The notes beneath the pieces are model-generated. The model saw nothing but the letters and a program-made list of their open reading frames with translations, was not told the origin of the DNA and did not search any database. This document shows, piece after piece, positions 40,412 to 49,599 of a DNA stretch of 64,000 nucleotides. Numbering within the stretch: the first letter of the stretch is position 1; each line of letters begins with the position of its first letter. This DNA comes from Clostridiales bacterium (lineage in GTDB: Bacteria; Bacillota; Clostridia; Lachnospirales; Lachnospiraceae): the NCBI GenBank assembly GCA_019423835.1, contig JAHZAR010000004.1, positions 813 to 64,812 of the forward strand. Reading direction: 5' to 3'. The position numbers and the translations under genes were made by a program.

Positions 40412-40663
40412 TTATCCACTGGAATCATCATAACACAGGTTCTGTCAAAAGAAAACACTTCCACTTATCCCCAGAATATCGTGTGGATATTGTGGATAAT
40501 GTGGACAAATTTATTTTTCTACTGTGCCAATCCTGTCTGTTCCTGTCGAAACTCTTGAATTTTCAATGTTTTTCATACAATAGAAACTTTTATTATGTAA
40601 ATCCAGCAATCCACAGTGCTCCTTTACATAAAATGTTGAAAACTTTGTGGATAATGTGGATAA
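40412..40663. promoter_or_regulatory. DnaA-box cluster
   Basis: Three perfect TGTGGATAA (40491, 40646, 40655) plus five one-mismatch boxes (40412, 40465, 40482, 40500, 40634). Confidence 0.88.
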
Positions 40664-42061
40664 CTACTCTGCAAGCAGCGCTTCTCCCACATTTACAATA
40701 TCTCCGGCCCCCATAGTTATCAACAGATCGCCGTGTACACAGCTTTTTTTGAGAAATTCTTCAATTTCCTCAAACGTGTGAAAATACCAGACTTTTTTGC
40801 CCAGCTTCTCAATTCTTTCTGCTATGTCCCGGGAGCTGATGCCCAGTGTATCCGTTTCCCGAGCCGCATAGATGTCGGCCAGAACGATGCAGTCCGCCAT
40901 GGAAAGCGCCTCTGCAAACTCATCGAGAAATGCTTTTGTCCTCGTATAGGTGTGGGGCTGGAACACACACCAGATCCGGTTGTGGGGATAATTCTGAGCT
41001 GTCTTAAGGCTCGCCCGAATCTCCTGGGGATGGTGGGCGTAATCATCTATAATCGTCACCCCATTCAAGACCCCCTTTTTCTCGAAGCGGCGCTTGGTTC
41101 CCGTAAAGTTCAGAAGTCCCCGCTTCACCGCCTCCAGTGACATCCCCGCCTCAAGGGCTGCCGCTGCTGCCGCAAGGGCATTGTATACATTGTGCTCACC
41201 GCTGACGCCAAGACTCAGGGTATCCCTCTTTTCCCCTCTTATACAGAGGTCGAAGGTCGGCCTGGCAAGGGAGTCGTAGGAAATTTCTCCTGCGCTGTAA
41301 TCAAACTCCCTCTCTGCTCCAAAGGTAATCACCCTGCCCTCTGTGTTTTTTACAATCTCCTGCCAGTTTTCAATCTCCCCGTTTATGACAACGGCCCCCT
41401 GCTTTGGAGCCTTCTTGGCAAAGCGTGTGAAGGAGCTGCGGATATCCGCCAGATCTCTGAAGAAATCCATGTGATCCTCCTCGATATTCAGGATCACCTC
41501 AATAGTCGGGAAAAATTCCAGAAAGCTGTTTGTATATTCACAGGCCTCTGTGATAAAAAATTCCGGTCCTCCGACGCGGATATTGCCTCCTATGGACGGA
41601 AGGATCCCTCCCACAGATATGGTAGGATCCGCCTCGGCCGCCAGAAAGATCTCCGAGAGCATGGAGGTTGTGGTGGTCTTTCCGTGAGTTCCCGCCACGG
41701 CGATGGCCTCTCTGTAATTTCGCATCATCTCCCCCAGAAGGACGGCCCTGGAAAGCATGGGAAGTCCCGCCTCCCTTGCAGCCGCAAACTCCGGATTATC
41801 GGGATGAATAGCTGCCGTGTACACCACAGCGTCAATCTTCTTTCCTCTCTGCTCTGCCTGCCTGATGTTTTCTGCCCTCTGTCCGATATAGATCACGGCA
41901 CCTTTGCGCTTCAGATGCTCTGTAAGCTCGCTCTCCCTGGAATCGGAGCCTGTGACGGTAAACCCCTCATCCATCAGAATCTCCGCCAGGCCGCTCATGC
42001 TGATGCCTCCGATTCCCATAAAATAAATGTGCTGCGGTTTATTAAAATCAATCTGATACAT
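40664..42061 (-). CDS. murC: UDP-N-acetylmuramate--L-alanine ligase
   Basis: GIGGISMSG, GTHGKTTT, EACEY, DDYAHHP, FQPH. Confidence 0.96.
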   Translation of the reverse strand: MYQIDFNKPQHIYFMGIGGISMSGLAEILMDEGFTVTGSDSRESELTEHLKRKGAVIYIGQRAENIRQAEQRGKKIDAVVYTAAIHPDNPEFAAAREAGLPMLSRAVLLGEMMRNYREAIAVAGTHGKTTTTSMLSEIFLAAEADPTISVGGILPSIGGNIRVGGPEFFITEACEYTNSFLEFFPTIEVILNIEEDHMDFFRDLADIRSSFTRFAKKAPKQGAVVINGEIENWQEIVKNTEGRVITFGAEREFDYSAGEISYDSLARPTFDLCIRGEKRDTLSLGVSGEHNVYNALAAAAAALEAGMSLEAVKRGLLNFTGTKRRFEKKGVLNGVTIIDDYAHHPQEIRASLKTAQNYPHNRIWCVFQPHTYTRTKAFLDEFAEALSMADCIVLADIYAARETDTLGISSRDIAERIEKLGKKVWYFHTFEEIEEFLKKSCVHGDLLITMGAGDIVNVGEALLAE

Positions 42062-42293
42062 GTTTCGTTCCACCTTTTGCCTGATTTTTCCTTTCCACAG
42101 AATCAGGCGGTCTCAAAAAGCCGCCTGTCTTTTCCTGCCCTCCCGTCTGGCGGCCAGCGCCAGATAAGCATATGCAGGATGTTTCTTTAATTTAACTTCT
42201 TTTAAAGGGAAATGTCAACAGATTTGAGCCATATTGGCGGGATCCTGCAGGGCTGAAGCGGGGAGGAGCACCTGCCAGACAGAAACTGCACAG

Positions 42294-42336
42294 AAAAAGG
42301 AAGAGCTGTGAACTTTCTAAAATTCACAGCTCTTCC
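42294..42336 (-). terminator. Terminator after queT
   Basis: GGAAGAGCTGTGAA stem plus T5. Confidence 0.85.
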
Positions 42337-42373
42337 CTCTGTCGTTTTTCTATGGCTCTCCGTGCCTTATCCG

Positions 42374-42877
42374 TCAGGCAGTTTTCACGCCTCCGAAAAT
42401 CATATGTCTGTATCGCTCCAGCCCGCGGATCAGGATGCTTCCCAGCACTCCTACTGCCAGGATCTCCCCGATTCCAACAGTCACCATGGCTACCGGGATC
42501 AGATCTGTACTGCCGTAGGCGTAGCGCAGAACCCATGGAACGATCACAGCGTTGGAGATAATCGGAGGCAGAAGAACCAGAAATCTGTTTCTTCTGAGGG
42601 CATAAGAGCCGACGGCTCCGATCAGGGTGGCCAGGCTGCCGAAGATCACATCCATGGTCATGGCTCCTGCCAGCAGATTGGACAGGAAGCAGCCGATAAA
42701 CAGACCTGGAATCGCAGCCGGCGTGAAAAACGGAAGGACACAGAGTGCCTCCGAGATCCGGAACTGAACCGGGCCAAAGCTGATTGGCGCAAAGACGAGG
42801 GTCAGCACAATGTAGATCGCTGCGATGGCTGCGCCCTGGGTGAGCAGGTACACGGATTTCTTGTTTGATTCTTTCAT
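42374..42877 (-). CDS. queT: QueT-family queuosine precursor transporter (ECF S component)
   Basis: IAAIY, QFRISEAL, DVIFGSLAT; preQ1 riboswitch upstream. Confidence 0.9.
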   Translation of the reverse strand: MKESNKKSVYLLTQGAAIAAIYIVLTLVFAPISFGPVQFRISEALCVLPFFTPAAIPGLFIGCFLSNLLAGAMTMDVIFGSLATLIGAVGSYALRRNRFLVLLPPIISNAVIVPWVLRYAYGSTDLIPVAMVTVGIGEILAVGVLGSILIRGLERYRHMIFGGVKTA

Positions 42878-42886
42878 ATTCTGTTT

Positions 42887-42929
42887 CTCCTTTAGTTTTG
42901 TTTTACGAGTGGAAGGTCCCGAACACTCG
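42887..42929 (-). ncRNA. preQ1-I riboswitch
   Basis: CGAGUG-UUCGGGACCUUC-CACUCG stem-loop, A-rich tail ending AAAACUAA directly into the AGGAG SD of queT. Confidence 0.85.
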
Positions 42930-42999
42930 ATTCATTTAACGCCGGGAATCGGCGGCAGGCCCGTAAGACCTTGGTTTTTATGGCTTACCTGCGTGTCAT

Positions 43000-43028
43000 A
43001 GGATACCATGGAAAAGTGGGATTGTCAA
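43000..43028 (-). promoter_or_regulatory. sigma-A promoter of queT
   Basis: TTGACA-17 bp-TATCCT. Confidence 0.75.
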
Positions 43029-43047
43029 GGAGCCTGCCATGCCTCTA

Positions 43048-43700
43048 CTATTGCCCCTCCTCCAGCCTGGGCGTATAAATTCTGACTTCCCCCTCCATCT
43101 CTGTCCTCACAGAATACGGCGGCAGACTGTACTCTCTGTTTTGGAATTCCTGATCTGAAAAATTGGCGAAAGTCTTCCTATCGCTGCCATAGGAGATTTC
43201 CTGAACCAGACCGTCCTCTGTCAGCCAGCGAAAGCCTGTCCTCTCCCTGGTAACTGCCTCTCTGGCAAAATCTGACCAGATGGCTGTGCGGCGGACTATG
43301 TCTTCCTTAATATTCCTCCCACTCCCGGGCATCCAGGTGATAGAGAGGCGGCACGATGCAGAGGATCTCGCGGAGCATCCTGTCTCCTGCCTCCTCCATA
43401 TCCTCCTCCTGGGTTGTCACATGGCCCGGCGTGGAGTCATCGTAAATTTCCCCTGCCGCATCACAGTCAGTAAACCAGGAGTTAAAAGGCAGGCAGTTGT
43501 AGACGGCGTGGAGAACTGCTCCGGTGCAAAAAACTCCTGTCCGCTCAGATACTCTCTCCAGACAGGATTGGAGGCAGGCACATGCTTTCCCTCTCCGATA
43601 GGCAGATAGTACGTATCAGCCTCTGTTATATCGAGGGAGTACTCATTGTCCTCATCCGTCTCTGAGGTGAGGGCGACTTCAAGATATGTTCCGCAGTTTT
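43048..43700 (-). pseudogene. Internally deleted remnant of a large putative glycoside hydrolase gene (GH129-like, tentative)
   Basis: Out-of-frame conserved-looking blocks YYLPIGEGK, FNSWFTDCDAAGEIYDD, VPPLYHLD and GFRWLTEDGLVQ..FANFS. Confidence 0.55.
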
Positions 43701-44077
43701 GAACTTTAGCCAGAATCCGGGACTCCCGGCTGTCTGATACGGCGTTCTCCCCTGGACAGAGGGCCGCTTTTTCTTCATTTTCTGTCCCATTTCCCAGCAG
43801 AATGGGAATCCTTTTTTATTGATCTGCGCCTCTGTCTGAAGACTGTCCATACTGACAGAGTAATGCTCCGCCTCAAAGATGGATAATTCATATTTTGTCG
43901 CTGCATCCTCTCCCTCACGGAGACTGACTGAAGTCTGCTCCTTCCCTGACCTGTCTCTGTCATCCCTTTTTCTGCTCCGTAGCCGGTCAAAAGCGTCACG
44001 GGACGGCATATTACGCTCCTCAGTATAAGGCCTTCCTCTGACATTCATGTGACCGTTCAGGCTTGGGAGGGATTCTC

Positions 44078-44146
44078 TCAGATTTCCAGGTAAAGCCTCA
44101 GAATTTTTCTCATGTCCTTATCATCCTCAGCAATTAAAATCCTCAA
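44078..44146 (-). pseudogene. Truncated response regulator (22 aa of a receiver domain)
   Basis: GGAGG RBS, TTG start, MRILIAEDDKDMRKILRLYLEI then stop. Confidence 0.75.
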
Positions 44147-44353
44147 ACCCTGTCCTCCATTCTTTTTCCCTTCGGTTCTTTAAAATTCTGTCCTTCCTGT
44201 CTGAAACTCATTCCGGCAGCCAAATTCATCTTCCCTTCTGTTCGGGCACGGCTTCTCTCCATGAACCGACTCTATCATACCAGAAAGATTTGTCATTGGT
44301 GAGGAGGAATCAGCATTGTTATGCTTTATACATCAGGAGTTTTCCTGCACACC

Positions 44354-44393
44354 AAAAAGAGGACCGCTGCAGTGTTACTGCAGCGGTCCCCTC
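44354..44393 (-). terminator. Terminator after the DUF368 gene
   Basis: GGACCGCTGCAGT/ACTGCAGCGGTCC stem plus T tract. Confidence 0.85.
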
Positions 44394-44440
44394 TCTGAAA
44401 GAAGATCGTTACATTATTATAATTATATCCTCTCTGCGCC

Positions 44441-45286
44441 CTACTCCACGCTTACCCTGCTGTTGAACTTATCCAGGGCCAGGGCTGCAAAAATTCCCAC
44501 CACGAAGCAGACCACATTTACTGCGCTCTGGGCCACTGTGGTAAAACCGTCCACAGGGACTGTCATAATCGTCGCCGCTATGACTATTCCGATAATTCCA
44601 TGGAAGGCCACAGAATAATGTCTGTCAAACAGAGTATTGATGGCTTTTGCAAGGGCGATCACAGTTACAAGAGCACCGATTCCTCCTGGGATGAGGATTC
44701 CCAGATCAAAGTGTCCGATACCGTCCACAAAGGGGGTGTAAAGCCCCAGCGGCATCAGAAGGGTGGAAAAGCTCATCCCCGGGGCAATCACGCTGAGAGC
44801 CAGGCAGAAACCGCAGAACAGATACCAGAAAAAGTTCGGGCTGATTTCCACACTGGTCATCTTAAGTCCGATGAGCAGCGCAAAGATTACACACATGCAC
44901 ACAATCATGGACACATAGGACGCACCGCTTCTTCCCTGCTCTCCCGCCTCCCGGAACAGGGACGGAAGCATGCCTGTGATCAGTCCGATAAAGAGGCACA
45001 CCGACGGCGCCGGATATTTTTCCAGGAAAAATGACAGCACATTGGCGATCCCCAGAAATCCAATACCGCCTCCGATAAACACGGGGAGCAGTTTGGGAAC
45101 GTGTGTCTTAAAATTGGCGAAGGGGTTGGAGAGCAGCTCCATGATCGGTTTGTAGATTCCGAAAATAACGCTCAAAACACCTCCCGATATGCCCGGCAGC
45201 ACCGCGCCCAGGCCTATCAGAGCCCCCTGAAAAACCCTGAACAGGGTCTTAGACAGGCTGAATTTTGAATCCTGCATTTCATTCAT
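44441..45286 (-). CDS. DUF368 membrane protein (undecaprenyl-phosphate translocase family)
   Basis: PGISGG and second-repeat PGMSFS motifs. Confidence 0.85.
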   Translation of the reverse strand: MNEMQDSKFSLSKTLFRVFQGALIGLGAVLPGISGGVLSVIFGIYKPIMELLSNPFANFKTHVPKLLPVFIGGGIGFLGIANVLSFFLEKYPAPSVCLFIGLITGMLPSLFREAGEQGRSGASYVSMIVCMCVIFALLIGLKMTSVEISPNFFWYLFCGFCLALSVIAPGMSFSTLLMPLGLYTPFVDGIGHFDLGILIPGGIGALVTVIALAKAINTLFDRHYSVAFHGIIGIVIAATIMTVPVDGFTTVAQSAVNVVCFVVGIFAALALDKFNSRVSVE

Positions 45287-45476
45287 AGCTTTACTCCTTT
45301 ATATGCGAAAGCAGCAGGATACCTGCCGCTTTCTTCTATGACTGGCTGATATAGTCAAGGTCTATCATATAATGGCTTTTCCCATTCGTCAACTGCTTTC
45401 CGCCGTCAGAAGAAAAAATGTGCAGCCGTCCGGACTGCTTCCCTCTTCCGCAGAACCTTCAGCAGCCTGCCTCCTC

Positions 45477-46355
45477 CTACAGTCCCATCAGATACTCTCC
45501 CACCTCATAGGCCAGCTTCAGAGCTGTGGGAAGCAGCCTGTCAGGAAAATAATTTCCGTAATTATTGACCTCAAAGCTGAAATATCCCTCATAGCCGATC
45601 TCTTTTAGTGTCTCCACCGCTGTCTTCCAGTCCACAGTCCCGAAGAGAGGCAGAACATGCATCAGATCCGGATCGGTCATGCTGTGGGTATCGGAAACAT
45701 GGGTAGCTTTCAGATGCTTCCCGATATGGAGAAGCGATTTTCTCTGATCCTGCTTCATAATGTCTGCATGTTCAAAATCCCAGCAGATTCCCATCCTCTC
45801 ATCGCCAAAATCCGTCACGAAGTCCACCAGCTCCTCCGGAGTCACACCGTATTTCCTCCTGGGTGCAATGGCATAATCGCACATATTTTCAACGGCAAAG
45901 GCCATATGGTACTGCTCCGTTTTCCTTAAAAGCTCCCTGAAGTAGGCTGTATTTTTTTCCTTCGAGGACTTTACCAGAACCGGACTGTCAAAGTCTGTTT
46001 CCGGGTGCGTCACACAGAGCCTGGAGCCCAGGGCGGCACAGCAGTAGATGGACCTCTCTGTCAGCTCCTCATGGCGTCTCCTCTCACTCTCTGTCATATC
46101 TGCACAGAAGTTATAGGTGTAGGCGTGGCACTGGCCAAAGGTTACTCCCAGTTCATCCTTCTTTCTCTCAATCCCTGCCAGCCATCGCTCCCATCCGTCG
46201 GTCAGAAACGGGGAGTGGGGCAGGGACCAGTCATAGAAGCTGATGTCAAAGGTATCAAAGCCGGCGGCAAAAGCCAGCTCCATCATATCCTCCATAGCCA
46301 TGATGCTCTTGTCCGGCCTTTCAAATACGATATTGGTAGATGTAGATAATTTCAT
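45477..46355 (-). CDS. Sugar-phosphate isomerase/epimerase (xylose-isomerase-like TIM barrel)
   Basis: VENM, WDFEH, THVSD, FSFEV metal-ligand pattern. Confidence 0.82.
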   Translation of the reverse strand: MKLSTSTNIVFERPDKSIMAMEDMMELAFAAGFDTFDISFYDWSLPHSPFLTDGWERWLAGIERKKDELGVTFGQCHAYTYNFCADMTESERRRHEELTERSIYCCAALGSRLCVTHPETDFDSPVLVKSSKEKNTAYFRELLRKTEQYHMAFAVENMCDYAIAPRRKYGVTPEELVDFVTDFGDERMGICWDFEHADIMKQDQRKSLLHIGKHLKATHVSDTHSMTDPDLMHVLPLFGTVDWKTAVETLKEIGYEGYFSFEVNNYGNYFPDRLLPTALKLAYEVGEYLMGL

Positions 46356-47350
46356 ATAAATACCCTTTCTGTGAGAAGTCTGATAAGCCGGCTCCAGTCA
46401 TATTCCCAGGCTGCGCTTACATTCTGCGGGAGCGCTTTAAAACGCCCGCTGTTGCCGAACAGGGTCTGCCCTGTCGTATATTCCCCTCCTGTCTCCACCA
46501 GAACACCGCCGCAGACCGTTCTTGCCATGTCAGGAAAGGCTGTGAGAGCCACTGCCGCGCTGTCTACGAGAAGGCTTGAGGGATTTAAGCCATGTTCCAG
46601 ATTAAACTGCACAGCCTGCCGCAGAAAGTCTGCTTTTTTTCCCTCTCCTGCCTCTGATAAAAGGCGGTCCATCATAGAGTCCTCCAGGCGTGAGGTTACA
46701 TCAAGGCCGGCAGCCGTGATCGGTATCCCCGAGCCAAACACTGCAGCTGCCGCCTCCGGATCTTTCTCAATGTTCCACTCCGGCCTTGGATTTAGCCTCC
46801 TGTGGTCAGCCGCCACCCCATACCCGCCTGAAATAGTGACAATCCCGGCCGCCAGCCCGGCCGTTTCAGGGGCATTTTGCAGCATCAGAGCCAGGTTGGT
46901 CATGGGGGCCATAGAAATAATAAAAACCTCCCCGGGATGGGCCTTTATCATATCTCCCATCCATCGGAAGGCCTCTGTCTCTTCCGGTTTTTTCTCCGGA
47001 TCCGGCAGCCCTGTGCAGGACATTCCGTCCGGCCCGCAGTAGGCATCGTCGAACTCCATAGGGCGCGAAAGGGGGGCTTTCGCCCCCTGCACGGCCGGGA
47101 TCTCCGGCCTCCCGCACAGCTCCTGTATCTTCATAATGTTTCTGATGCTTCTGTCCGAGTCACACACGCCGTAAGCGGCTGTCATTCCGAGAATCTGAAG
47201 CTCCGGCGACGCCAGCGCAAGCATCAGCGCTATGGCGTCGTCAGCACTGGGATCCGTGTCAATGATCACCTTCTTCTGAATGGCTGATTCTGCCTTCTGT
47301 TTCTGAACGGTCTTTTCGTTTTGATTCCTGTCAGTCATTCCTTTTTTCAT
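46352..47350 (-). CDS. Nucleoside hydrolase (IUNH family), divergent
   Basis: DTDPSADD, PMTNLA, PEWN..DPEAA, GLDVT. Confidence 0.88.
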   Translation of the reverse strand: MKKGMTDRNQNEKTVQKQKAESAIQKKVIIDTDPSADDAIALMLALASPELQILGMTAAYGVCDSDRSIRNIMKIQELCGRPEIPAVQGAKAPLSRPMEFDDAYCGPDGMSCTGLPDPEKKPEETEAFRWMGDMIKAHPGEVFIISMAPMTNLALMLQNAPETAGLAAGIVTISGGYGVAADHRRLNPRPEWNIEKDPEAAAAVFGSGIPITAAGLDVTSRLEDSMMDRLLSEAGEGKKADFLRQAVQFNLEHGLNPSSLLVDSAAVALTAFPDMARTVCGGVLVETGGEYTTGQTLFGNSGRFKALPQNVSAAWEYDWSRLIRLLTERVFI

Positions 47351-47371
47351 CTGTTCTGTTTCCTGCTGTCT

Positions 47372-48736
47372 CTATTCACCGTTTGCCCGGTAGTAGTCAT
47401 TGAAAATCTGGTTGCAGCCGTCAATAATCGCTGTCTTTGTATCCTCCACGGACGCCTCCCCGTTTCCGAACATCAGCATGGCATCCTTGATCACGGTGTC
47501 CACTCCGTCAGAGTTCGGCACAAACGGAGCAACGACATTTTCGCTGGTTCCCATGAGCACCTCGCCCGGAACGGCAAGCTGAGGAGTCTCTTCCATAGCT
47601 TTCTGGCAGCTCTCAAGCTCTGATGAGTTTTTGTTGACCGGAATGTAGCCTGCGCCGTCCAGCCACATAGCCTGAGCCTCCGGTGAGATCATATACTGCT
47701 CAAATTCCCATGCCGCATTTACCGTCTCCTCGTCTCCCCTGTTTAAGAGGAAAAGTCCTGAACCGCTGGGATAAGCTCCTCCGTCATCAGTGCTGTTTAC
47801 CACCGGAATAGGAGCCACTCCCCAGTTGAAGCTGTCTCCCACCAGTTCCTTGATTGTCGGGATTCTGGAGCTGCTCATAATCGCCATAGCATTCAGTCCC
47901 TGGGCAAACTCCTCGTTGATAGAGTCATTAGTAGGCTTATAGGCTCCTGTATCTACCACCTTCTTCCACTCTGTGAGGAAGGCTTCCAGGGCCTCCTCGC
48001 AGGCCATGGATTTCATTTTTCCGCTGTGTCCGCTCTCATTGTCTCCCAGGTAGGTACCCTGTCCCTGAGTTGCAATCCAGTTGCCCAGCTCAAACAGGCT
48101 GACTCTCACGTTCAGTCCGTACTGCGCATCAGTCTCATCCCTGAGAGTTCCCAGAATGGAGGCCATCTCATCGATAGTGGACGGAACCTGGGCTCCTATC
48201 TGATCCAGATAGTCCTGATTGTAGTAGAGAAGGAGGGTGGAAACACTCCACGGCACTCCTGCAAGCCTGTCGTCAATCTCAAAGGAAGAGACCGCATTGG
48301 AAATCAGATCCTCCTTTGCCACGGAATTTCCCTCTTTGGAGAGCATATCCTCAGCCCACACAAGACGGTCATAGTCCCTCACAAGGCTCACATGCTCACC
48401 GTAAAGCTGAATCACATCCGGCATATTTTCCACGTCGTCAGTGGACATGGCCGCTGTCAGCGCCTCTGTTCCCGGCCAGTTCTGAAATACCGGGGTTACA
48501 TGGATCTTCTTTTCTTTTCCGATGGTCTCATTGAACTGATCCACCTGCTTCTGTGTGATCTCCGCATACACTCCGTCCATGGAATGCCAGAACACAACCT
48601 CCCTGGTTCCATCCTCGCTGACGGCCCCTGCAGGAGAGCCTCCCTCAGAATTGCCGCCGGTCCCTGCACCGCACCCGGTCAGACTTAAAAGTGCAGCTCC
48701 CGCTGCAAGCGCTGCCGCCATTTTCTTAAACTTCAT
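47372..48736 (-). CDS. ABC transporter substrate-binding lipoprotein (UgpB-like)
   Basis: Lipobox LTGC, VFWHSM, LYYNQD, GYIPVN. Confidence 0.88.
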   Translation of the reverse strand: MKFKKMAAALAAGAALLSLTGCGAGTGGNSEGGSPAGAVSEDGTREVVFWHSMDGVYAEITQKQVDQFNETIGKEKKIHVTPVFQNWPGTEALTAAMSTDDVENMPDVIQLYGEHVSLVRDYDRLVWAEDMLSKEGNSVAKEDLISNAVSSFEIDDRLAGVPWSVSTLLLYYNQDYLDQIGAQVPSTIDEMASILGTLRDETDAQYGLNVRVSLFELGNWIATQGQGTYLGDNESGHSGKMKSMACEEALEAFLTEWKKVVDTGAYKPTNDSINEEFAQGLNAMAIMSSSRIPTIKELVGDSFNWGVAPIPVVNSTDDGGAYPSGSGLFLLNRGDEETVNAAWEFEQYMISPEAQAMWLDGAGYIPVNKNSSELESCQKAMEETPQLAVPGEVLMGTSENVVAPFVPNSDGVDTVIKDAMLMFGNGEASVEDTKTAIIDGCNQIFNDYYRANGE

Positions 48737-48774
48737 ACTTTTATCCTCCTTAATAATGGTTATATAAATTTACT

Positions 48775-49599
48775 TTACTCCTTCACCGCTCCGCTCATCA
48801 TTCCGCTGACAATCTTTCTCTGGAAGAGCACAAACAGCAGAACCGTCGGCAGAAGCGCTATGATAACGCCTGCCATGACAGGGCCGAAGACGGCTGACTC
48901 TCTGTCCTTCAGCATGGTAATTCCCACCTGGATGGTACGCATCTCATTCTGGTTGGTGACCAGCATGGGCCACACGTACTGGTTCCACACACTCACAAAG
49001 GAGGAGAGGAACACCGTCACCATAATCGGTTTGCTGGCCGGAAGCAGCACCCAGAGAAAGAATCTCACATTTCCGCATCCGTCCACATAGGCCGCCTCCT
49101 TCAGAGATTTCACAAAGGACAGATAAAACTGCCTGAGCAGGAAGACGTTGGTGGCAGACACCAGAAAGATCGAGCACATACCCGCATAAGTATTGATCAG
49201 TCCCATGCGGCTGATCGTCGTAAAGTTTGACACAATCAGCACATCCGGCGGAATCATAATCGTTGCCATAGTCAGGGCAAACAGAATCTTCTTTCCCTTA
49301 AACTCAAAAAATGAGAAGGCAAAGGCCGCCATAGTGGCTGTTACCATCCTGGTCACGCTGCAGACAGAGGCCACAATAAAGGAATTGAGCATATACCGGA
49401 GCAGCATGGTTCTGGAAAACGCCGTTCTGTAGTTCTCAAGAGTTGCCTTAGGCGGAAGCAGGTTCGGCGGCGAGGAGAGCACGTCCTTCTGCTCCATAAA
49501 GGAAACAGAACAGGCATAGAGAATGGGAAACAGGAGCAAAAGAGCGCACAAAATACAGACTGCCTGAATTGCAATATCCCACAGAGTCTTCTTTTTCAT
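48775..49599 (-). CDS. Carbohydrate ABC permease (UgpE/MalG-like)
   Basis: EAAYVDG loop, WNQYVWP. Confidence 0.9.
   Translation of the reverse strand: MKKKTLWDIAIQAVCILCALLLLFPILYACSVSFMEQKDVLSSPPNLLPPKATLENYRTAFSRTMLLRYMLNSFIVASVCSVTRMVTATMAAFAFSFFEFKGKKILFALTMATIMIPPDVLIVSNFTTISRMGLINTYAGMCSIFLVSATNVFLLRQFYLSFVKSLKEAAYVDGCGNVRFFLWVLLPASKPIMVTVFLSSFVSVWNQYVWPMLVTNQNEMRTIQVGITMLKDRESAVFGPVMAGVIIALLPTVLLFVLFQRKIVSGMMSGAVKE

Noticed and set aside
40412..40663. Chromosomal origin (oriC)
   Set aside because: No dnaA or dnaN nearby, no clear DnaA-trio run, and gene orientation stays on the minus strand on both sides
42374..47350. QueT + QueK queuosine-salvage cluster
   Set aside because: The hydrolase is in a separate operon with no preQ1 riboswitch, separated from queT by DUF368, a terminator and pseudogenes
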